A stretch of DNA of 64,000 nt from assembly GCA_963770895.1 (NCBI GenBank), contig CAVYRF010000001.1:1728001-1792000 (forward strand), read 5' to 3'. Source of the DNA: an uncultured Acidobacteriota bacterium (GTDB lineage Bacteria > Acidobacteriota > Thermoanaerobaculia > Multivoradales > UBA5704). The notes beneath the pieces are model-generated. The model worked only from the letters and a program-made list of their open reading frames with translations. It was not told where the DNA came from and made no database searches. Below are positions 29,502 through 37,280 of this stretch, one piece after another (within the stretch, counting starts at the first letter, position 1; each line of letters starts with the position of its first letter). The position numbers and the translations under genes were made by a program.

Positions 29502-30884
29502 TCACAGGTAGCTCAGCCAGCGGGCGTCGCCGCGCCGTTTCACCCCCGCGTACCAGCGGCAGAGCGGGTAGAGGGAAAGCACGACGGCGATCCAGATCAG
29601 GTAGACGATCGGCAGATCGAAGCCCCAGCCGGGCGGCGTAGTGAACGGGAAGCGGTCGCGGCTCGGCGACTGGAACATCCAGTGCGCATCGCCGTACCGG
29701 ATCAGGCAGACGGCGGCGGCGGCCAGGTGGATCAAGGGCATGTGCACCAGGTAGTAGAACAGCGGCACGCGGCCGAACACCAACGCCGGCTGCAGCGGGC
29801 GCCCGTCTCGCGGGGGTCGCCCGGCTTGCGCGGCTGATCTGGCGTGCGCGGCTGACCCGGCGTGCCCGGCCGGCCCGGCTCCCGCGGCTGCCCCGGCTCG
29901 CGCCGCTGCCTCGGCTCCCGCGGCCGGCCCGGCTCCCGCGGTTGGCCCGGCTCCCACGGTTGGCGAGGGCGCCGCCGGCCGGCGCTCCAGCGCCGCCAGC
30001 AGCAGCAGGATCGGCCCCAGGGTCATCAGCAGGAACAGCAGCGACGGCGGGTACTTGACGGTGCTCAGAAACGACATCGCCGTGCGCAGCGCCGAAGCCT
30101 GGCGCGACCAGCGCAAGGGGTCGCCGTACAGGTTGAGCGCCCGCAGCGCCACGAAGCCGGCGCAGCACCCGGTGCCGAGCCGTGCCAGCAACGCCCGGCG
30201 CCGTCCCTCCGGCCAGGCGTACGTCCGGCCCAGCACCCAGCCCGCGGCCGTGACCGCGATCCAGGGGACCAGCGGATAGCCCACCAGCACCGTCACCCGC
30301 GGCGTCGCCAGCAGCACGCCGGGCACGTGCAGGATCGACCACAGCGGCGCCAGGGCGCCGAACGCCGCCGGCGCCACCCCATCGAACGCGTTGTGCGCCG
30401 CGATCGTCACCACCGCGAACGCCAGGATGGCCCCGTCCGGCAGGTGGATCAAGCCGGCCAGCACGATCATCGCCCAGCCCAGCGCCCAAAGCACGATCAG
30501 CATCGTCACGCGATAGTCGACGTTGAACTGCAGCCCGAAGCAGCGCACCACGAACACGTCCAGCACCAGCAGCCACACCCCGCGCGCCGCCAGAAACCGC
30601 GACAGCTGCGCCTTTGACTTCTGCCGCAGACCCAGGCGGGCGCCCACCCCCGTCAACAGAAAGAACCCGGGCGCGCAAACGTGCGTCACCCAGCGCGTCA
30701 GGAACAGCCCGGCGCCGGCATGCGCCACGTCCAGCGGATTGGCTCCGGGCTGGCCGAAAAAGTCGCGCACGTGGTCCAAGGCCATCAAGATCATGATTAC
30801 GCCGCGCACCGCGTCGATCGAATCCAGGCGGGGAAGGGGAGCGCGCGGCACGTCCAGCGCCCCCGCGGTCGGCAAGCTCGTCAA
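29502..30884 (-). CDS. DUF1624 / HGSNAT-like membrane acyltransferase
   Basis: RLDSIDAVRGVIMILMALDHVRDF, TRWVTHVCAPGF, KYPPSL, FGRVPLFYY; TTG start after GAGGAG. Confidence 0.85.
   Translation of the reverse strand: MTSLPTAGALDVPRAPLPRLDSIDAVRGVIMILMALDHVRDFFGQPGANPLDVAHAGAGLFLTRWVTHVCAPGFFLLTGVGARLGLRQKSKAQLSRFLAARGVWLLVLDVFVVRCFGLQFNVDYRVTMLIVLWALGWAMIVLAGLIHLPDGAILAFAVVTIAAHNAFDGVAPAAFGALAPLWSILHVPGVLLATPRVTVLVGYPLVPWIAVTAAGWVLGRTYAWPEGRRRALLARLGTGCCAGFVALRALNLYGDPLRWSRQASALRTAMSFLSTVKYPPSLLFLLMTLGPILLLLAALERRPAAPSPTVGAGPTAGAGPAAGAEAAARAGAAAGAGPAGHAGSAAHARSAAQAGRPPRDGRPLQPALVFGRVPLFYYLVHMPLIHLAAAAVCLIRYGDAHWMFQSPSRDRFPFTTPPGWGFDLPIVYLIWIAVVLSLYPLCRWYAGVKRRGDARWLSYL
29815..29965 (-). repeat. 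In-frame 18-bp tandem repeat inside the DUF1624 gene
   Basis: Units like CCCGGCTCCCGCGGTTGG encode PTVGAG/PTAGAG/PAAGAE/AAARAG/AAAGAG hexapeptides. Confidence 0.7.
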
Positions 30885-31249
30885 GGCATCTCTCCTCTCC
30901 CGTTGGCATCCGGCTTCAGCCACCATCCTCGCTCCGCGTCCCCACCCCAGGCTATCCCGCCACCTTCCACCGCCGGGCCGCCGATCCGAAGGCCGCCGGA
31001 GGCACCCTTGCGCGCGGCGGCAGGAAGCCCGTCCGGCGAACGGCCGCCCGCGCCGCGGTAAGATCGCGGCGGCGGCGTTCGCAGCTTGCTGCTGACGCCC
31101 GCAATCCCTGACCGCGGCGGCTTTGCACAAAGGGCACCGGCTCGGGAGCGTGCCGGGCGCGCGGCAACAGCGACAAGCTCGGCCCGGTCAGGCGGGCAAC
31201 GCTGTCGCCGGCGCGCGACATGAAACGCGACACGAAAGGGGACGCGACG

Positions 31250-32281
31250 ATGGAATTTCGACAGCTGGGCGGCTCGGGTCTGAAGGTGCCCGCGCTGACC
31301 TTGGGTACCGGTACGTTTGGCGGCGGCGGCAAGCTGTTCGGCGCCTGGGGGGCGAGCGACGCGGCGGAGGCGACGCACCTGCTCGACGTCTGCCTGGACG
31401 CCGGCCTGAACATGTTCGATTCGGCGGACGTGTACTCCAACGGCATGGCCGAAGAGATCCTGGGCCAGGCGATCCGCGGCCGCCGCGACAAGGTGCTGAT
31501 TTCCACCAAGGGGACGTTCCGCACCGGCGAGGGGCCCAACGACGCCGGCTCCTCACGCCAACACCTGCCGCGGGCGGTGGACGCCAGCCTGCGGCGCCTC
31601 GGCACCGACTACATCGACCTGTACCAGCTGCACGGCTTCGACGCCCTGACCCCGGTCGAAGAGGTCCTCGCCACCTTGGGCGACCTGGTGCGCGCCGGCA
31701 AGATCCGCTACGTCGGCTGCTCCAACTTCTCCGGCTGGCACCTCATGAAGTCGCTGTCAGCGGCAGACCGCGGCGGACTGCCGCGCTACGTCGCCCACCA
31801 GGCCTATTACTCCCTGGTCGGGCGCGACTTCGAGTGGGAGCTGATGCCCCTGGCCCTGGACCAGAAGGTCGGCACGGTCGTCTGGAGCCCGCTCGGCTGG
31901 GGCCGGTTGACCGGCAAGGTGCGCCGCGGCCAGCCGCTTCCCGCCACCAGCCGCCTGCACAGCCAGGTTTCCAACGAAATCGGCCCGCCGGTGCCCGACG
32001 ACAGGCTCTACAAGATCGTCGACGCGCTCGATCAGGTGGCCCACGACACCGGCAAGACGGTGCCGCAGATCGCCCTCAATTGGCTCCTCCAGCGGCCCAC
32101 CGTGGCGACCGTCATCATCGGCGCGCGCAACGAAGAGCAGCTGCGGCAAAACCTGGGAGCCGTCGGCTGGGACCTCTCCCCGGACGCCGTCGCGGCGCTG
32201 GATGCCGCGAGCGCCACCACCCTGGCCTATCCCTACTGGCACCAGCGCGGCTTCGCCGAGCGCAACCCGCCGCCGGTCTGA
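31250..32281 (+). CDS. Aldo/keto reductase
   Basis: MEFRQLGGSGLKV, FDSADVYS, SLRRLGTDYIDLYQLH, GKIRYVGCSNF. Confidence 0.92.
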   Translation: MEFRQLGGSGLKVPALTLGTGTFGGGGKLFGAWGASDAAEATHLLDVCLDAGLNMFDSADVYSNGMAEEILGQAIRGRRDKVLISTKGTFRTGEGPNDAGSSRQHLPRAVDASLRRLGTDYIDLYQLHGFDALTPVEEVLATLGDLVRAGKIRYVGCSNFSGWHLMKSLSAADRGGLPRYVAHQAYYSLVGRDFEWELMPLALDQKVGTVVWSPLGWGRLTGKVRRGQPLPATSRLHSQVSNEIGPPVPDDRLYKIVDALDQVAHDTGKTVPQIALNWLLQRPTVATVIIGARNEEQLRQNLGAVGWDLSPDAVAALDAASATTLAYPYWHQRGFAERNPPPV

Positions 32282-32475
32282 CGACCGCTCCACGCAAGTG
32301 TCCGGGGCATGCGAAGGAACCGGACGGGTCGCCTAGCGCCGCCGCGATCCAAGGTCCCGCCGGGTGGCCGTTCCATACCACCTGGCGCAGGCCGATGCGC
32401 CGTCAGTTCAGATAGTATTGCGCTTCGATGGTCACGTCCTGCTGCACTTCGACTTTGCTAACCAAAGGAGGAAGC

Positions 32476-32781
32476 ATGCGCACCTGGATCGTCGCCCTGT
32501 TTGTCCTCACCTGTCTGGTCGCTCCGCTCGCCGCTCACGCCGCATCGCAACCCGCGGCGGCCGCTTCCTTCCAACCCGCCGCCGTCGCGGCCAACCCGTT
32601 CCAGCTCCCCGCGGAGCCCGCGGCGCAGCCGGCGGTGGCGCCGCAGGTCGCCGGCTTCCTGCAGTTCATCGCCACGACCGGCACCAGCCGCCAGCTGGGC
32701 AAGGTCTGCTCGATCTCCTGCCGCGAATGCGTGTCCACCTGCCCGCCCGGCGAAGGGGTCTGCTTCCACGGCGGTTGCTGA
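32476..32781 (+). CDS. Secreted Cys-rich peptide precursor (signal + Ala/Pro linker + 6-Cys core)
   Basis: AAAGGAGG RBS; Sec signal ending AHA; C-terminus VCSISCRECVSTCPPGEGVCFHGGC. Confidence 0.75.
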   Translation: MRTWIVALFVLTCLVAPLAAHAASQPAAAASFQPAAVAANPFQLPAEPAAQPAVAPQVAGFLQFIATTGTSRQLGKVCSISCRECVSTCPPGEGVCFHGGC

Positions 32782-32942
32782 CCCTACCTTCGTTGCAGCC
32801 AGGCGTCGTCGTCCACGGTGAGCCGTGGCGCGACGCCTGCGCCCCCCCGTCGTCCCTCCTGCCAGCCTTGCCGGCGACCGGTGCATCCCGCGGCCTCTCT
32901 GTGAGAGCATGACGCCGGCACCGACCGGCGAAAGGACCAGCG

Positions 32943-33749
32943 ATGCGCGACGACCTGGCGGGAAAATCCATCATCGTTACGGGCGCGTCGCAAGGCATCG
33001 GCAAGGCGCTCTGCCTCGACCTGGCGGCGCGGCGCGCCAAGCTCACGCTGGTGGCGCGCGATGCCGCGGCGCTCGAGCAGGTCGCCGGGGCCTGCCGCGC
33101 CCTGGGCGGCCAGACGCTGGTGGCGCCGGCCGACGTCGCGCAGCCCACTGAGTGCGAAAACGTGGTCCGCCAGGCGATCGCGGCCTGGGGCGGCATCGAC
33201 GTGCTGATCAACAACGCGGGCATCAGCATGAGCGTCCGCTTCGATCAGGTGCAGGACCTGTCGGTTTTCGAGCGCCTCATGCGGGTCAACTACCTGGGAT
33301 ACGTCTATCTCACCTTTTTCGCCCTGCCCGAGCTCAAGCGCACCCAAGGCCGCCTGGTGGCGGTTTCCAGCCTGGCCGGCGTGAACGGCGTGCCCGAGCA
33401 CACCGGCTACGCCGCCACCAAGCACGCCATCTTCGGCTTCTTCGATTCCCTGCGCATCGAGCTCGCCGGCAGCGGCGTCTCCGTAACCCTGGTGGCGCCC
33501 GACTTCGTCCTCTCCGAGATCCACCGCCGCGCCGCCGGCGCCGACGGCCAGCCGATCGGCAAAAGCCCGCTGCAGGAATCCCGCATCATGACCGCGCAAG
33601 CCTGCGCGCGGGCGATCGTCGACGCAACCGAAAAGCGCCAACGCCTGCGCATCCTCTCCCTGCGCGGCCGCGTCGGCCGCATCGTCCGCCTCTTCGCCCC
33701 CGGCCTCATCGACGCCATCGCCGCCCGAGCCGTCCGCCGCGGCGTCTGA
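32943..33749 (+). CDS. Short-chain dehydrogenase/reductase
   Basis: TGASQGIG, NNAG, YAATK motifs. Confidence 0.92.
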   Translation: MRDDLAGKSIIVTGASQGIGKALCLDLAARRAKLTLVARDAAALEQVAGACRALGGQTLVAPADVAQPTECENVVRQAIAAWGGIDVLINNAGISMSVRFDQVQDLSVFERLMRVNYLGYVYLTFFALPELKRTQGRLVAVSSLAGVNGVPEHTGYAATKHAIFGFFDSLRIELAGSGVSVTLVAPDFVLSEIHRRAAGADGQPIGKSPLQESRIMTAQACARAIVDATEKRQRLRILSLRGRVGRIVRLFAPGLIDAIAARAVRRGV

Positions 33750-33760
33750 CCCGCGCAAAG

Positions 33761-33880
33761 GACTGGAGAGGTTTGCGAGCGGCGGTCGCGGCGGCAGGTT
33801 GCGCGCTGCCGCCGCTCGCGGCCATGCCGCACGGCGTCGATACTGCGACCTTCCGGCCGCTCGCCGCCTCCGAGCCGCGG
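33761..33880 (+). pseudogene. Short internal fragment of a GT4 glycosyltransferase
   Basis: Translates as LRAAVAAAGCALPPLAAMPHGVDTATFRPL, matching the interdomain PHGVD..F.P motif of GT4 enzymes; no start context. Confidence 0.45.
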
Positions 33881-33900
33881 GTACCCCACCGCCGCCAAGC

Positions 33901-33998
33901 CAGCACCGTGTACACCTGGTGGCTCATCTTCGCCCCCGCAACAGGCAGCAGGCTGCATCGTGGTGATGCGGTGAGATTCCCAGGATGTTCAGTGCCAA
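33901..33998 (-). pseudogene. Collapsed relic of a carbamoyltransferase paralog (first 62 nt fused to last 36 nt)
   Basis: 55/62 nt match to 44373-44434 and 32/36 nt match to 46113-46148 by manual alignment. Confidence 0.8.
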
Positions 33999-34113
33999 TC
34001 GCCTGCTTTCCGCGGTCCGCAAGGCCGCGGACAGCGCACCATCGCGCACCACCGCCGCGAAACCCATCCGCAGGGCACGATGTGCCGGCTCCCGAGGTGG
34101 AGTGACGGACGGC

Positions 34114-36354
34114 TCAACCGGCCACATCGATGGGCGCTTGCTGTCTCAGGGTGATCAACCCATGGCCGGCGAGTTTCTTGAGGTACCGCACCAGCCTCTC
34201 CACCTGCGGACTCTCGATGCTGCGCAGCAGATCGTCCAGCACGACCGGCTGGGGCGACTCCGTCAGCAACCGGTAGACCAGCGGGTCGAGGCAGATGCAC
34301 TTGGCACCCGCCATGCTCCAATATTTCCGCTGCCGTCCCGGCGCCAGGTTGGGCCGCGCCTCGGCCCACTCCTGAAACGAGCGGAGCGTCGGCTCGCGCG
34401 GCGTCTTGTCGAGCTGGCGCAGGTATGACGCCATGCTCTGGCGTTCTTTGATGATCTTGGCAAGATCGAATGGCGTATCGCGAACCACTCCCCGCGGTAC
34501 CACCACGCAGCCGTGCAAACCGGCATCGGCAATCTCGGTGCCATCGTCGCTGGTTTGTTGCAAATCGCGAAAAAAACGCCGTCCGTAATGATCGAAATAG
34601 ATCATGCTGTGCAGGCTGTCCACCCCTCCCGCCCAGGGCCTGCCCAGCAGGGCAGGAAAGACTCCCCCACGGTCTTCGAAGGAGGCATCCCGGTCCTCGG
34701 TGAGCAGCGTGCGCCCCTCGGCCTCGCCCGCTGCCTGTCCGTCCATCTCGTAGCCGGGAGCCCGTTCGATGTCGGCATCCTGCTTGTCGATCAACCGCAG
34801 TCCGAAACGCGAGGGGTCGCGGGCGACAATGGCCGACCCGGTGAGCTGGAAGGTCCCCATCCCGCCGGCGGACCAGAACCCGTCGTGCTCGCGGACGAAG
34901 CGCAGGGTCTCCTCTTTTTCGGCTGCGGTTTCCGACGGGAAGCCGCTGAATGTCATCAGCTGCACCGCCACTCCGGCGCCGGCAAAGTTCTTCATGGTCT
35001 CGCCCATGAAGGCAACCTTGGTGCCCTTGTCGATCAGATCGAGGACGCGCTGGTTGCCCGACTCCATGCCGAACGACACGCAGACGCAGCCGCTCTTCGC
35101 CAGCTTCTTGCAGCGCTCGGCGGAGAAGACCCTTTCCATGCGCAGCTCGGCGCCCCAGCGGATGTCCAGGCCGGCATCGACGATCGCATCGGTCAGGCGG
35201 TCCAGGTAGGCGGGCGACATCACGTCCACTGCGAAGTACACATAGCGGGTGTGGGTCGCGCCGACGATGTGAGCCAGATCCTCGATCACTTGATCCACGC
35301 CGCGCTCGCGCCACGGCGATGTCGGCTTCGAGGTGTTCAACCCATAGTCGCAGAAGGTGCAGCGATTCCAGTAGCAGCCGCGGGTCGGCGAGTAGTTGAT
35401 GCCGCGCTCCGGTGCCAGGTAGAGCTCCCATGGATAGCGGTAGAGGGGGCGGCCCAGCTGGGGTACGTTTTCATAGTGGATGTGCTGCGGCAGGAAGAGC
35501 TTCCCAGACCGTTTGTCGAAGGTGATCAGGTTCTGCACCCTGGCGCCAGGCACGACGCCGCCCGCATCGGCAATCTCGCACAGCGCAGTCTCGCCTTCGC
35601 CGACCACGATGCCGTCGCAGACGGCGAAAAAATCGGCCATGCGCTGCTTGTCTTTCATGTACTTGTAGAGCTGACTGATGGAGGTGCCGCCGAACAGCAC
35701 CTGCTTGGCAGGCCAGGCCTGCTTCACCCAGCGCGCCAGGTGCAAGGCGTGGAAAATCTGATGATCGTAGGCGACGCTGATGCCGACGCAATCGGCGGAG
35801 GAGAATTGCTCGTCCGCCGCCAGGCGCCCATCGAGGAAGCGGTCGAAGACCTGGCAGATCCTGCCGCCCAGGATCGGATCGAATAGATCGCGCAGATTGT
35901 AGGGTGAAAAGCGGCCGCGATTTGCCAGCCTGAAAGTGGTCAGCTCGCTCGGATAGCCGAGCGCTCCGAGCATCTCCATATAATCAGAGAGATCTGTTTG
36001 GTAGCGCTGGTAGTCTGGAAACGAAAGAAAGCAGCGGCGGTCACGCATCCCGGCGGCGGCGTGTCGAAGATCGTCATACCGCACCCGCCGCTGGCGCCAG
36101 AGTGCCAGATATTCTTCCTGCTCGGCAAAGCTGAGCGCAGCCTGGCGCTCGAAGGCGCTCAGCCGTCGCGCGGCCTCCTCGTAGAAGGCTGCGACGTTCT
36201 GCTCTTCCAGGGCCCAGTTGACCATCTCGATGTTGACGTCGCGGATCACCACGTCCGCAAACCCGGAATGAACCAGATGGCCGGCCAGGTAGGCGGTGGC
36301 GTGGTACGGCAGCGTCGGATCGTCGAGCGGAGGATGGGCCAACAGGATCTTCAT
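34114..36354 (-). CDS. B12-binding-type radical SAM enzyme, copy 1 (putative RiPP maturase)
   Basis: HPPLDDPTLPY N-terminus; Rossmann-like VGIS...FGG...IVVGEGE; RGCYWNRCTFCDY CxxxCxxC; FGMESG. Confidence 0.85.
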   Translation of the reverse strand: MKILLAHPPLDDPTLPYHATAYLAGHLVHSGFADVVIRDVNIEMVNWALEEQNVAAFYEEAARRLSAFERQAALSFAEQEEYLALWRQRRVRYDDLRHAAAGMRDRRCFLSFPDYQRYQTDLSDYMEMLGALGYPSELTTFRLANRGRFSPYNLRDLFDPILGGRICQVFDRFLDGRLAADEQFSSADCVGISVAYDHQIFHALHLARWVKQAWPAKQVLFGGTSISQLYKYMKDKQRMADFFAVCDGIVVGEGETALCEIADAGGVVPGARVQNLITFDKRSGKLFLPQHIHYENVPQLGRPLYRYPWELYLAPERGINYSPTRGCYWNRCTFCDYGLNTSKPTSPWRERGVDQVIEDLAHIVGATHTRYVYFAVDVMSPAYLDRLTDAIVDAGLDIRWGAELRMERVFSAERCKKLAKSGCVCVSFGMESGNQRVLDLIDKGTKVAFMGETMKNFAGAGVAVQLMTFSGFPSETAAEKEETLRFVREHDGFWSAGGMGTFQLTGSAIVARDPSRFGLRLIDKQDADIERAPGYEMDGQAAGEAEGRTLLTEDRDASFEDRGGVFPALLGRPWAGGVDSLHSMIYFDHYGRRFFRDLQQTSDDGTEIADAGLHGCVVVPRGVVRDTPFDLAKIIKERQSMASYLRQLDKTPREPTLRSFQEWAEARPNLAPGRQRKYWSMAGAKCICLDPLVYRLLTESPQPVVLDDLLRSIESPQVERLVRYLKKLAGHGLITLRQQAPIDVAG

Positions 36355-36396
36355 CGCACATCTCCTCGCGCCTTGAAGCTCATCAAGGGGGCCGCG

Positions 36397-36975
36397 CTAC
36401 TCCTGCCTGGCAAGCCTGGCGGCCTGCGCAGCCTGGTGCTCGGCGACGAGCGACTTGAGCTTCGGCCACATCTCCTTGTAGGGGCAAAGGGAGCTGTTGA
36501 GGAACCGGCCGGCGGCCGCCGACCAGCCCCTGCCCAGCGGCAGCATGCAGGCGCCGAACTCGACCAGCCGGGCTACATTGGCGCGCACCGCCGGATGCGC
36601 CCACATCTCCGGCGCCATCGCCGGGCCGAAGGCGACCGGCCCGGTGAAGCTCAGATAACAGTGGGCGAGCAGCGTCTCCGCCGAACCTCCGGCGCAGCGC
36701 GCAAGGGTGGTGGCGCTGGCCGGTGCGACCAGGAAGAGATCGATGTCCTTGACCAGTTCGGGCGGGGAACGCATCGGACGCGGGTCGGACCACGGATCGA
36801 CATGCACGTCGACGCGCACCATGGCCTCGAGCGCCTGCGGATTGACAAAGCGAGCGGCGGCTGACGTCATGACCACCCGCAGCTCCTCGACCTCGGGCTC
36901 GGCCCGGAGGTTGATCAGGTAGGAGTGGATGTTAAGGACGCCGATCGAGCCGCTCACGCCGACCAGGATTCTCAT
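36397..36975 (-). CDS. EpiD/LanD-like HFCD flavoprotein
   Basis: ILVGVSGSIG, APASATT, PAMAPEMW; stand-alone 192 aa with no CoaB domain; adjacent to a Cys-terminal peptide. Confidence 0.82.
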   Translation of the reverse strand: MRILVGVSGSIGVLNIHSYLINLRAEPEVEELRVVMTSAAARFVNPQALEAMVRVDVHVDPWSDPRPMRSPPELVKDIDLFLVAPASATTLARCAGGSAETLLAHCYLSFTGPVAFGPAMAPEMWAHPAVRANVARLVEFGACMLPLGRGWSAAAGRFLNSSLCPYKEMWPKLKSLVAEHQAAQAARLARQE

Positions 36976-36997
36976 CGCGCAGGCTCCGCGCGCTGCC

Positions 36998-37044
36998 GCC
37001 GGTCTGCCGGAGAGGGCGTGCGACCGCCGTCTTGGCAGACCGGC
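36998..37044 (-). promoter_or_regulatory. Stem-loop directly downstream of precursor 1
   Basis: GCCGGTCTGCC (36998-37008) pairs with GGCAGACCGGC (37034-37044). Confidence 0.55.
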
Positions 37045-37053
37045 CCTGACAGC

Positions 37054-37197
37054 TCAACAGCCGCCGTTGTTGTTGATATTGGTTTCTTCGTCTGAGGATG
37101 CCGCGCCGCCCGAGACATCTTCCAGCACGGTTTCGTCGATCTCACCGCTGCCAGCGTCCTCGAGTTCCTTTGCAACGTCTTCCGGTTTCTGGTCCAT
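37054..37197 (-). CDS. RiPP precursor peptide 1 (47 aa)
   Basis: MDQKPEDVAKELEDAGSGEIDETVLEDVSGG|AASSDEETNINNNGGC; AAGGAGG RBS; double-glycine leader. Confidence 0.88.
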   Translation of the reverse strand: MDQKPEDVAKELEDAGSGEIDETVLEDVSGGAASSDEETNINNNGGC

Positions 37198-37280
37198 GGA
37201 TTGCCTCCTTTGCCGGATCGCGACCGGCATTTGTCTGGTAAGGCACGCGGCACATGCCGCGCCCGTCGAAACCCTTACAT

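Noticed and set aside
33971-33977. Extra GTGAGAT hits (also near 39665 and 60206)
   Set aside because: They lack the GCGGCAG half at 13-nt spacing and lie within coding or relic sequence.
36397-36975. Housekeeping CoaC (PPC decarboxylase)
   Set aside because: No CoaB partner, it resembles EpiD in length and termini, and it sits inside a peptide-maturation operon.
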